Assembly (NCBI GenBank): GCA_964512765.1
Contig: CAZEKF010000009.1
Location: forward strand, 30 to 64,029
Source of the DNA: an uncultured Methanosarcinales archaeon
GTDB taxonomy: Archaea; Nanobdellota; Nanobdellia; Woesearchaeales; GW2011-AR15
DNA: 64,000 nt
Direction: 5' to 3'
Shown here in pieces: positions 27,240-36,249 of the stretch; within the stretch, counting starts at the first letter, position 1, and every line of letters begins with the position of its first letter. The notes under the pieces were generated by a model. The model had not been told where the DNA came from, searched no databases, and was given only the letters and a program-made list of their open reading frames with translations. Position numbers and translations under genes: made by a program.

Positions 27240-27812
27240 TTAAAAAGATAATGACTGTTTAAACAACTCAATGTCTTTATACAAATGTGTTCTAAACCCA
27301 AACAATTTAGCCTTTTCAATAAATTCTTGTTTATCATCACAAAACAATATCTCATTAGGTTCTAATTGTAAATAATCAAGAACATAATCAATCATTTCCT
27401 TACTTGGTTTTTTGAATCCAATATCAAATGAAGCAATAACTTTATCAAAAACTTGTAATATTTCCTTATAATATTCTATCCTATATTTTTCATTGTTTGT
27501 TACTAGTATGCATTTAACACTGTTATTTTTTAGTTCTTTAACCAATTCCAACATCTCATTGTCAAACATGCCAAATTCAAACCATAGTTTAAGAAATTCG
27601 TCAATATCAGCAGGAAAGTTCCATTTTTCTAGGTAAGGTTTTAGCTCTGTTTTAAGATCAGCTTTACCAATCAAACATTTTTCAAACTCTTTTTTAAAAA
27701 ACTCAGAAATAACGTCTTCTCCAATACCATATTTTTTAGCAATATGAATACTAAAATAACCGTCAGAATGATGCACCATGCCATCCAAGTCAAAGATGAT
27801 TGCTTTTATCAT
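27240..27812 (-). CDS. HAD-superfamily hydrolase (true start at Met45 of the tracked ORF)
   Basis: MIKAIIFDLDGM is HAD motif I (DxDG). The 44 upstream codons would collide with the divergent FKBP gene. Confidence 0.8.
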   Translation of the reverse strand: MIKAIIFDLDGMVHHSDGYFSIHIAKKYGIGEDVISEFFKKEFEKCLIGKADLKTELKPYLEKWNFPADIDEFLKLWFEFGMFDNEMLELVKELKNNSVKCILVTNNEKYRIEYYKEILQVFDKVIASFDIGFKKPSKEMIDYVLDYLQLEPNEILFCDDKQEFIEKAKLFGFRTHLYKDIELFKQSLSF

Positions 27813-27868
27813 TACTTCATAACATTTCCCAAAACTATTTAAACATTTTCTTACTCTGATTAAGTTAA

Positions 27869-28528
27869 ATGACATATAAACTAAAAGATTTTGTTGAACT
27901 TGAATATACTGGTAAGTTAGAAGATGGTACTGTTTTTGACACAACTGACGAAAAAGTTGGTAAAGAATCTGGGTTAGGAAACGAAAGTACAGTGTTTGGT
28001 CCAGCAGTTATTTGTTTAGGTGAAGCGCATATTATTCCTGGCATAGAAAATAAAATCATTGGTAAAGATCCTAAAAGTTTCACTATTGAACTACAACCTG
28101 AAGACGCGTTTGGCAAAAAAGAAACTAAACTGTTGAAGTTAATGCCAATGAAAGTTTTCAAAAAACAAGAGATACAACCGTTTCCAGGGTTAGAAGTTAA
28201 CATTGACAACAATTACGGTACTGTAAGAACTGTTTCAGGAGGAAGAGTTATTGTTGATTTTAACCATCCGTTATCAGGCCGTGTTGTGATTTATGAAGTT
28301 AAAAACATTAAAAAAGTAACTGAATTACTTGATAAAGTAAAAGCTGTTTTTAAGAACGAACTTAATATTACTGATGAGATCATAGAAGTCAAAGAAAAAA
28401 AGGTAATTATCAATGAAGAAAAGTTTCCAAAAGAGGTTCTTGATAATGTTAAAAAACGTGTCAAAGAACTGATTCCTGAAGTTAAAGATGTTCTTCTAAA
28501 AAAAGACTATAAACCACCTAAAAAGTAA
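27869..28528 (+). CDS. FKBP-type peptidyl-prolyl cis-trans isomerase (archaeal long type with IF/chaperone insert)
   Basis: Carries VELEYTGKLEDGTVFDTT, IIPGIENKIIG and DFNHPLSG. Confidence 0.88.
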   Translation: MTYKLKDFVELEYTGKLEDGTVFDTTDEKVGKESGLGNESTVFGPAVICLGEAHIIPGIENKIIGKDPKSFTIELQPEDAFGKKETKLLKLMPMKVFKKQEIQPFPGLEVNIDNNYGTVRTVSGGRVIVDFNHPLSGRVVIYEVKNIKKVTELLDKVKAVFKNELNITDEIIEVKEKKVIINEEKFPKEVLDNVKKRVKELIPEVKDVLLKKDYKPPKK

Positions 28529-28603
28529 CTTTTTTTCTATCGTTAACTTTAAATAGTAGTACTACATTGGAGTTAATATAAAAATTTATAAAAAGATAAT
28601 TGG

Positions 28604-29728
28604 GTGGAGGTGTTAATTTTGGACATTAAAGTTAATGAAGATTTCAAGTCATCGCCTAAAGGAATTTCTATTACAAAACCGCACGAGATTGATCGTGAGC
28701 TAGAAGAAATTCTTGCCAGGCAAAAAGCCGCAATAAAAGTAATTGGGACAGGTGGTGCAGGTAATAACACAATAAACAGAATAACTGAAGTTGGTATTGC
28801 AGGTGCTGAGTCTGTTGCAGTTAACACAGACGCGCAAGATTTGTTATACACAAGCGCTGATAAAAAGATTCTCATTGGTAAAGACCTTACTAAAGGTCTA
28901 GGTGCAGGTTCTATACCTAAAATTGGTGAAGAAGCTGCTAGAGAAACCGAAGCTGAGCTAAGGAATACAATGCAAGGCGCAGACATGGTGTTTATCACAT
29001 GTGGTCTAGGTGGTGGTACTGGTACTGGAAGTGCTCCTGTAATAGCTGAAGTTGCTAAAAAATCCGGTGCATTAATTGTAGGTATTGTTACAATGCCTTT
29101 TTCCATGGAAGGTCAGAGAAGGTATGAGAATGCTTTATTAGGTCTAGAAAAACTTGAACGGGTAGTTGATACTTTAATTGTTATTCCTAACGATAAATTA
29201 TTAGAATTAGCGCCAGATTTACCCTTACACACAGCATTTAAAGTTGCAGACGAAATTCTAACAAACGCAGTTAAAGGTATTGCTGAATTAGTTACAAAAG
29301 CTGGTTTAGTAAACTTAGACTTTGCAGATATTAAAGCTATCATGGGCTCAGGAGGGGTTGCTCTTATTGGAGTAGGTGAATCAGACACAGAAAACAGGGC
29401 AACTGAAGCTGTTGAAAAAGCTATAGAGAATCCTTTACTAGACGTTGACATTGCAGGCGCATCTGGTGCATTAATCAATGTATCTGGTGGTCCTGACATG
29501 ACATTAGACGAAGCTAGGAAAGTTGTTGAAACTGTTTCTAACAGACTAGACGAAGACGCTCGTGTTATATGGGGAGCTAGCATTGCTGAAGATTTGCAAG
29601 GTAGTATTCGTACTATTCTCATCATAACAGGAGTTAAAAGTACTCAAATCTTTGGCAGAGAAAAACGGTTAGTAGAAAAAGAAAAGCAAGATATTGAAGA
29701 AGAGCTAGGGATAGAGTTTGTTGATTAA
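28604..29728 (+). CDS. ftsZ: cell division GTPase FtsZ (probable start TTG 28619)
   Basis: GTGGAGNN and the tubulin signature [13 protein letters not shown] are present. SD GGAGGTG at 28606-12 overlaps the tracked GTG start. Confidence 0.95.
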   Translation: MEVLILDIKVNEDFKSSPKGISITKPHEIDRELEEILARQKAAIKVIGTGGAGNNTINRITEVGIAGAESVAVNTDAQDLLYTSADKKILIGKDLTKGLGAGSIPKIGEEAARETEAELRNTMQGADMVFITCGLGGGTGTGSAPVIAEVAKKSGALIVGIVTMPFSMEGQRRYENALLGLEKLERVVDTLIVIPNDKLLELAPDLPLHTAFKVADEILTNAVKGIAELVTKAGLVNLDFADIKAIMGSGGVALIGVGESDTENRATEAVEKAIENPLLDVDIAGASGALINVSGGPDMTLDEARKVVETVSNRLDEDARVIWGASIAEDLQGSIRTILIITGVKSTQIFGREKRLVEKEKQDIEEELGIEFVD

Positions 29729-29747
29729 GAAGTATAGAATTACAAAG

Positions 29748-30041
29748 CTAATCCAAAACATAGTCGAGTAAAGTATCTATAGAAGCATTATTTTGTATTA
29801 ATATATCCTCAGTAGCGTCCCTAGTAATTTTTGTTGGTGTTCCATTCTTCCAAATATTTGTATGGTCATAAGTATAATTACATGCTCGGTTTGGATGATC
29901 ACCCTTAAATCTCCAACCAATGCACAACGACTGATCAGGACTCAATCCTATTACATTATGACATTGAATATTAAAAATATCTTTTCCAGGTTCAAGGTAG
30001 GCATAATCATCAGATACGCATCTAGCATAAATAAGTTCCAT
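29748..30041 (-). CDS. hypothetical protein (97 aa)
   Basis: ORF with ATG start and TAG stop. No motif recognised. Confidence 0.45.
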   Translation of the reverse strand: MELIYARCVSDDYAYLEPGKDIFNIQCHNVIGLSPDQSLCIGWRFKGDHPNRACNYTYDHTNIWKNGTPTKITRDATEDILIQNNASIDTLLDYVLD

Positions 30042-30249
30042 TTTTAATGATTACTATATTTTTTATAAAAAGCTATCTTGATTCTGAATTTAACATAAGT
30101 ATTGATAGATGCTAACAATAAAGGTGAACAATACCTCTTCCCATACGATTTAGAAACACTAACTTTTTTATTAATTTTTTATTTTTCACCACTAATAAAT
30201 TACTATAAAATAAAAAGTTTTAAATAATAAGACCTAATCACGTCTAATT

Positions 30250-30603
30250 ATGGGACAGTATCCAATTATAGCAACCACTAATGAAATCTGGGCAATTAAT
30301 CCTGCAAATAAACAAAGGTTAAAACTAGCGCATGTGAACGCAGGTATTTTAGGGCTCTACGCATGTGACAGAGGAATTTATCATGCTGCTGTAACTCTCT
30401 CAGAGAATAGTAAGCTTGTGCAAGAAGGAAGTAAAAGAGTACAAAGAGAGTTTGATTATAACTATGTAACAATATATGATACTATTTCAGGAAATAGCGC
30501 TTGTACTGCTTTTCCACCTGGTCAAGATAGAATGCCTCTCGAAGACAGAATGATGGAAATAGAATTCGCATTTTCAAGAAAAGGCGAAGCATTAAACTTT
30601 TAG
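30250..30603 (+). CDS. hypothetical protein (117 aa) ending at an in-frame TAG
   Basis: ORF starting at ATG. No motif recognised. Confidence 0.55.
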   Translation: MGQYPIIATTNEIWAINPANKQRLKLAHVNAGILGLYACDRGIYHAAVTLSENSKLVQEGSKRVQREFDYNYVTIYDTISGNSACTAFPPGQDRMPLEDRMMEIEFAFSRKGEALNF

Positions 30604-30852
30604 ATAAATGGTGTAGAATGCACTCTTTTTGAAAGATTTAAAGGTGACGTTGTACCTGATCAAGCATTTAGCTATAAGAATGATAGAGTCTATTTTGACG
30701 GTAGAAGAATTGGAAAATTCGGTAGTGATATATTGTATTTTGGAGTTGTAAGTACTAATCAGTTTCCAAGATTATGCAGGAGAAAAAACACTAATTTACT
30801 TGAAAAGTATAACTTATTCTTTAAAACAAAATCTAAAAAAGAAAAGGGTTAA
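30604..30852 (+). other. 82-codon open continuation in the same frame after the TAG at 30601-30603
   Basis: The frame stays open from 30604 to the TAA at 30850-52. There is no ATG/GTG/TTG for the first ~45 codons and no SD. Confidence 0.55.
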
Positions 30853-30885
30853 AGTTTAAAATAATTAATAAATTCATTCTTATAT

Positions 30886-31569
30886 ATGAGACTTGACAAT
30901 ATTGGGAAATTACTTAGAACTAATCATAGGGAAATTACTCCAGAATATGTGAGAAAAACTTTTAGAGATTTTTCACCTACAATGCTATGGTCGTATTTGG
31001 AAAGAAAACTATATATGAATGCAAGGGAAAGATACACTAGAGAGAAAAAGTCTATCATAGATTTTTATGCAGCAGGGTTAAACACACCAGAGCTTTTAAA
31101 ATATAATGATCAAGCATTAGAATTAACTGTCCGAACCTTAGAATTAACAGATCTTGTTGATGTTTTCCAAGATCTTAGAATTCACAAAGATGACAAATTA
31201 GATTGTTTTAGACAAGGATTAATACAGTTACAAAAAATTCATAATTTGAACAGAACACACGGTGATCCATACTTTAAGAATTTTTACAGGTTAGATAAGC
31301 TCTATCCAAATCGTGGAATTGTATATACATCAGGTTTTGAATACCAACGAGACTCACCTGATCCTAAAATTACAGATGTATTAATATTTGTTGCAGATGC
31401 TATATACCTAATCAATGGTCAACACCCAAAAGAAACTCCTGCACCAATGTCCATATTAGAGGAAACTTATGGAACAAATATTTCATTTCCTTTTGATGCA
31501 AGAGACAGATTTTTCTTTAGAGCACGTTTTGGCATGAGACATGATTTTTTTGAATATTTCGAATGTTGA
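30886..31569 (+). CDS. hypothetical protein; possible kinase-like fold
   Basis: NRTHGDPYFKNF fits the HxDxxxxN catalytic-loop pattern of protein-kinase-like enzymes. No clear DFG/DxD follows. Confidence 0.55.
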   Translation: MRLDNIGKLLRTNHREITPEYVRKTFRDFSPTMLWSYLERKLYMNARERYTREKKSIIDFYAAGLNTPELLKYNDQALELTVRTLELTDLVDVFQDLRIHKDDKLDCFRQGLIQLQKIHNLNRTHGDPYFKNFYRLDKLYPNRGIVYTSGFEYQRDSPDPKITDVLIFVADAIYLINGQHPKETPAPMSILEETYGTNISFPFDARDRFFFRARFGMRHDFFEYFEC

Positions 31570-31571
31570 AC

Positions 31572-32087
31572 CTAAGCTTCCATCATAACTTTCTGGATCA
31601 ATGGTTTTTCACTAATAGAATGAAGAACAAGATCATTGTATGTATCTTTGTGTATTTTTTCAGGATGTATTAATTGGATGGACGAAAAACTAATTGTACC
31701 GTTATAATTGTTTTTAAGAGAGAAAATTAGACTATCAATATCTTTTAATTCTTTAAACCCGCACATCATAATAACTCTAGTATCAGGTAATGCAGATTCC
31801 ATTAATTTAATAACTTCTTTTTTCTTTTTAACAGATTCAATAAAATCTGATAAGTGTGTGCTATCCATTATATTAAGTTCAATCATAGCATAAATTGTGA
31901 TACTAATTTTGTTAACGTCAATGTTAACAGAATAGTTTTTCAGAATTTGTTTTTGCTCAAGTCTTTTTTTAATTTTACTGACTGCTTGTTTAGTAATTTT
32001 TAATTTCTGTGCAAGAACTGAAAAATTAATGTCTTTCAATTCTAATAATATTTTAATAAATCTTTTTTCAGTCTTTGTTAAAGCCAT
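31572..32087 (-). CDS. Lrp/AsnC-family transcriptional regulator
   Basis: HTH FSVLAQKLKITKQAVSKIKKRLEQKQILKNY is followed by a RAM-like alpha/beta domain. Length is 171 aa. Confidence 0.75.
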   Translation of the reverse strand: MALTKTEKRFIKILLELKDINFSVLAQKLKITKQAVSKIKKRLEQKQILKNYSVNIDVNKISITIYAMIELNIMDSTHLSDFIESVKKKKEVIKLMESALPDTRVIMMCGFKELKDIDSLIFSLKNNYNGTISFSSIQLIHPEKIHKDTYNDLVLHSISEKPLIQKVMMEA

Positions 32088-32446
32088 TTTTGTATTCTTT
32101 AATCTATATTATACACTCTTTTTTTAGCGTGAAATGAGTTTTAATTCATTTAAGGATAAACAGAAGATTCCACTCTCTTAGACTCCCACCCATCCACCCT
32201 CTTTTTAATTTAATTAATCATTTAAAAAACTTTGGTTGATCAAAACTAAACTTAATAGTTTAAGTGGACTACTGAACTATAATATAAACTAAAATGTTTA
32301 ATTTCATTAAACTTAAAAGTTAAACTTTTTTAAATAGTTAACGGAATTGATTAAGTCAACTTCTAAACTAGTATATGGTTTACTATGTCAACCGCACATT
32401 TATTAATAGTAATATACGGTTTTGTATATTAAGATTGTAATGTCAG

Positions 32447-32590
32447 AGAACACTAAAATAAACATAAAAATAGTGTTCTTTCAACACAATTCACCAATCG
32501 CCTGTGTTTAAAAAGACACTACCCAATCCACCAACCTAAACGATTGGTGAAGTGTAAAACAAGGGAATGTTTTGCATTCTCTTGTTTTTG
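32447..32590 (+). ncRNA. Candidate structured RNA / leader (three hairpins ending in a U-run)
   Basis: Three stems: AGAACACTA/TAGTGTTCT (32447-79), TTCACCAATCG/CGATTGGTGAA (32490-551), and a 12-bp stem at 32558-86 followed by TTT. Confidence 0.35.
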
Positions 32591-32638
32591 TATTGACATT
32601 ATAATTTATATTATTAATATACAATGAGGTGATAGAGA

Positions 32639-34180
32639 ATTAGAAAGAAAAAACTAATTTTGCTGGCAACAATTGTTCTGCTAGCAATACTAAGCGCAGT
32701 AATTATAACTGCCTATGTGAACGGACAAAAGGTTGTGGACGATCCTAAAGTATTATGGGTATCGCACACAGAATATTGGAGTTCCACTGGACCAGGATCA
32801 GATGAAGTTGCATCTACGATTGTTAGGATAATGGATTACAAAGGCCAAGCTTATGCTATGGATTCTTGTACAGCCAATATATATTATCCAGACAAAAGTG
32901 CATACGTAAGCGATGGTGCAATGAGCCAGTCTCCTGTATCAGGTAACTGGTATAGAACAGACCCTGTACCTGCTCAAGAAGGTACATATGAACAGGAAGT
33001 TACTTGTTTGTATGGTGCTGGTAAATCCATTAAGACCTCACAGTCTTTTCACGTGAACCCTGCACTAAACTTCATTAAGAACGTAAGTACACAAGTTCTT
33101 GCTGCAGACACATACTTGCACGCTGTTAATGTATCCATTACAGGAAGTGTTGCAACAGCACAAGCTGAGCTATCTTCGCAAATGTCATCAGCTGATTCTA
33201 ATTTAACTGCTTTGTTAACTCAAATGGAAACTGATTTAACAACAGAAATTGAAGAATCAGAAGCTAACTTGAACACATCATTAAGTAATGTTAATGTTGA
33301 AATTCAAGCTACAATCGCTGATACTGAAGATGTACTTGTTGCAAGAGTTGATGTTGCTGAGACTAACTTAACAACTTTGATTAACCAAGTTAACACAGAG
33401 TTGCAAGCACAGTTAGCTGATCACAACGCGTCTGCTGGATCACAATTTAGTGATCTTGAAGTAAGTGTCCAAGGTATGATTGATGATGCTAAAACTGAGA
33501 TATTAGCAGCTATAGATGCTTCAGAAACAGATTTGACTGTTGTTATGGATTCAATTGAATCAAACTTGTCAACACAAATGACAAACATGAACGTTGATCT
33601 AGATACTAAATTAACTAATGTTAATATTAGTATAACAACACAATTAACTGAAGCTCAAACAGCTATACAAACTCAGTTAACAAGCGCTGAAACAAACTTG
33701 GATAGTGCAATATCATCCACTGAGAATACAATAATGTCGTATCTACAAGATTTCTTACCAGATATCAATGATACAGTTACAGACATTTATGCTGACTCAC
33801 AGTGGTTGGTTAGTAATGCAATGGACGTGACTGATTACGCAGCTATCTTAGCGCGGTTTGACACGATTGATGGTGACATTGATCAATTACAGGAAATGTG
33901 TGGAAGTGTATTGACTCAAGATTCAGATCTCTGTACAGAGATTGAAGCCTTGCAAACAACACTTGACGCAACTAGGGCAGAACAAACTGCTTACTTTAAT
34001 ACATTAAACTCAACAACTACCAGTACATGGGATTTGCTGAGCGGTGATATTACAACTAATATTAACACTGCTTTAACTGAGTTAGGTATTATAAGAGGTC
34101 AGACTGAAGATATTAATGCAACAGTCCACGCAATTAGAGATGACCAGACTGAGCGAGTCTACATACAAATGATTGCATAG
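32639..34180 (+). CDS. membrane-anchored surface protein: N-terminal TM, ~110 aa 2-Cys domain, long Thr/Ser/Asn/Leu-rich coiled-coil; probable ATT start
   Basis: The N-terminus (R)IRKKKLILLATIVLLAILSAVIITAY is only complete if translation starts upstream of the tracked TTG (32660). SD GAGGTGA (32626-32) lies 6 nt before ATT 32639. Confidence 0.8.
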   Translation: MRKKKLILLATIVLLAILSAVIITAYVNGQKVVDDPKVLWVSHTEYWSSTGPGSDEVASTIVRIMDYKGQAYAMDSCTANIYYPDKSAYVSDGAMSQSPVSGNWYRTDPVPAQEGTYEQEVTCLYGAGKSIKTSQSFHVNPALNFIKNVSTQVLAADTYLHAVNVSITGSVATAQAELSSQMSSADSNLTALLTQMETDLTTEIEESEANLNTSLSNVNVEIQATIADTEDVLVARVDVAETNLTTLINQVNTELQAQLADHNASAGSQFSDLEVSVQGMIDDAKTEILAAIDASETDLTVVMDSIESNLSTQMTNMNVDLDTKLTNVNISITTQLTEAQTAIQTQLTSAETNLDSAISSTENTIMSYLQDFLPDINDTVTDIYADSQWLVSNAMDVTDYAAILARFDTIDGDIDQLQEMCGSVLTQDSDLCTEIEALQTTLDATRAEQTAYFNTLNSTTTSTWDLLSGDITTNINTALTELGIIRGQTEDINATVHAIRDDQTERVYIQMIA

Positions 34181-34224
34181 ATAAATATTTTTTTTATTTT
34201 TTATTTTTCTTTAAAAAATGGGTA

Positions 34225-34938
34225 GTGATAATGCAGAAGTCAAGACGAATATGGGGAAAAAAGAGACCAAGACTTATTCTTATTACAAGTGTTATCATTG
34301 TTCTTAGTATTGTTTCATTCTTTATTGTTAGAGGTGGTAAAAAAGATTTAGTTCTAGAAATGGTATCAGGTACTGAATATATTAGTGGTGAGTATGGTCA
34401 AGTTATAGTTAGAATTGCAGATAGACAAGGTAGTCCGTATCAAAATGCAACTTGTACAGCTGACATTTTATACCCTGATAAGTCATATTTTGTTAATGAT
34501 TATGTACTTGGCGAATCATCAACACCTGGTAACTATTATGCCGAGTTCATGACACCAACCATCAATGGTATTTATGAAGAATATATATCATGTACATATA
34601 TTGATAGAGGCAGTCAACAAACATTGGAAATAGCGTCTTCTTTTCACGTTTCGCCTGCATTAAACTTTATTGTTGATATGTCTGCATTGCAAGCTGAACG
34701 TTACTGGGACTTAGTTGAGAGAATTAATCAAACCAGGCAGGAGTTGTTAGACGAGATTGAAACTACTTTTAACCAAGATTTTGCTGAACTGTTAATCAAT
34801 AGAACAGATGCGTTGTTGTTAGAGATCAACGCTGCTCATAACAGGTCTGATGAAAACCTTAATAATAAATTTAGTGATTTTAACACAGATATGGCTCAGT
34901 TAGGTCAAAGTATGAATGATATTTTTAGTGATAACTAA
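34225..34938 (+). CDS. paralogue of the preceding surface protein (shorter coiled-coil tail)
   Basis: Shares C-T-A-[ND]-I-[LY]-YPDKS, G-[NI]-[WY]Y and SFHV[NS]PALNFI with the 32639 gene. It also has an N-terminal TM. Confidence 0.8.
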   Translation: MIMQKSRRIWGKKRPRLILITSVIIVLSIVSFFIVRGGKKDLVLEMVSGTEYISGEYGQVIVRIADRQGSPYQNATCTADILYPDKSYFVNDYVLGESSTPGNYYAEFMTPTINGIYEEYISCTYIDRGSQQTLEIASSFHVSPALNFIVDMSALQAERYWDLVERINQTRQELLDEIETTFNQDFAELLINRTDALLLEINAAHNRSDENLNNKFSDFNTDMAQLGQSMNDIFSDN

Positions 34939-35045
34939 ATTACATTGAATCTAAAATAATAAGAGACAAAGTTTTTAAAATAATTGCTTAATCTATTCAG
35001 GAATATGAGACTTTACAACCTTGGGAAATAGAGGGAACATTGGTT

Positions 35046-35813
35046 TCAATGAACGGGAGAGTTACTATAAACAGACACTTCACGATTTAATCTATACCCA
35101 TCTAAATTAAATCTCATAACCAAAGGAAATTCACTCAACTCTAAATTTGTGCCTTGATTCGAAAAAATAATAATCGGTGCATCTCTTTTTAGATATTTTG
35201 AAATATTTTTTATAGTGGGTTCCAGTGGATATGATTTAATAGTTTTACCATCAGGAGTATGCCACGGACATGATCTTGAATATGGAGGATCACAAATGGC
35301 AACATCTACACAATCAACATTTAAATTCCCATCAGCAAAATTTGGATTCATAACATTTGCATGGAATATATGGTAAGGTGTGATGCTGAATGAGATTTCA
35401 TCGTATATTCTTTTAAGTGATAGCAAATTAGATAATCTCCTTTTCCATTTTTTTGAAACTTTTGGATTATCGGATATACTTTGTTGTAATTCATTTATTC
35501 TTATTTCTAATTTGTCAGGTTCAGTTAGTGTCAAATTTTCTCTTGCTGTGTTTACTGCCCCTTGCCGTGCATCAGAACCATATAACATTTGAAATGTACC
35601 AGGAAAATAAGAAGCTAGTGCATACAGTATTGTACCATTACCACAAAATGGATCATAAATTATGGTATTCTTAGACAAGATTTTCTGTTTCATTAGCTCT
35701 GATGCTGCTTGAAAAAGAGAAATTGGACTAAATCTGATATGGTCAGCCATTGAAAATGCTCTACCAGGTCCTAACAACATGTTTAAAGTGCTCAAATCTT
35801 CTGCAATATGCAT
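35046..35813 (-). CDS. SAM-dependent methyltransferase with DPPY motif (UPF0020/N6-N4-N2 amino-methyltransferase class)
   Basis: Carries motif I YDPFCGNGTILYAL and motif IV AICDPPYSRS. No THUMP domain is present. Confidence 0.7.
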   Translation of the reverse strand: MHIAEDLSTLNMLLGPGRAFSMADHIRFSPISLFQAASELMKQKILSKNTIIYDPFCGNGTILYALASYFPGTFQMLYGSDARQGAVNTARENLTLTEPDKLEIRINELQQSISDNPKVSKKWKRRLSNLLSLKRIYDEISFSITPYHIFHANVMNPNFADGNLNVDCVDVAICDPPYSRSCPWHTPDGKTIKSYPLEPTIKNISKYLKRDAPIIIFSNQGTNLELSEFPLVMRFNLDGYRLNREVSVYSNSPVH

Positions 35814-35933
35814 GGCAATCAGCAGTTAATTATAGGGTATTTATAAATATGCATTTAAATTCACATAATCCAAGTGTATATTGACACTTTTCACAACATT
35901 TATATAACAGAATTGTTCTTAATTACAATTAAT

Positions 35934-36230
35934 ATGGCAAAGAAAAAAGAATCTTTTAGCTGGGTGAGTGATGTGTTAGGTTTTTTTAACGGTGTTATTG
36001 ACAAAGTAGTTGAACATTCTGATGCAAAGATTGAAGAAATTAAAAGAAAAGCCGTGCATTACACAATAGTGTATGGTATGTTTACAGTTGCATTGTTTTT
36101 CATACTGGTTGGATTAGTGAAATATCTTGCAGAAACCGCAGTGTTTGCGTCTGAAGGAGTAGCGTTCATGATAGTTGGTAGCGCCATGATAGTTGTTTTA
36201 GCAGCTTACTCAATGGTTAAAAGAGTATAA
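35934..36230 (+). CDS. small membrane protein (98 aa; start at internal ATG of tracked ORF)
   Basis: Starts MAKKKESFSW and has two hydrophobic helices. Confidence 0.5.
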   Translation: MAKKKESFSWVSDVLGFFNGVIDKVVEHSDAKIEEIKRKAVHYTIVYGMFTVALFFILVGLVKYLAETAVFASEGVAFMIVGSAMIVVLAAYSMVKRV

Positions 36231-36249
36231 ATCATTATTTTTTTATTTA

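Noticed and set aside
28573-29625. Two long antisense ORFs (177 and 170 aa) opposite ftsZ
   Set aside because: ftsZ is unambiguous. The Gly/Ala/Val-rich GNN codon usage keeps the antisense frame open. The products are low-complexity Ala/Ser/Pro-rich sequences.
35874-35933. N-terminal 20 codons of ORF 35874-36230
   Set aside because: The tracked start is a non-ATG codon in promoter-like AT-rich sequence. The internal ATG at 35934 (MAKKKE...) is a more plausible start.
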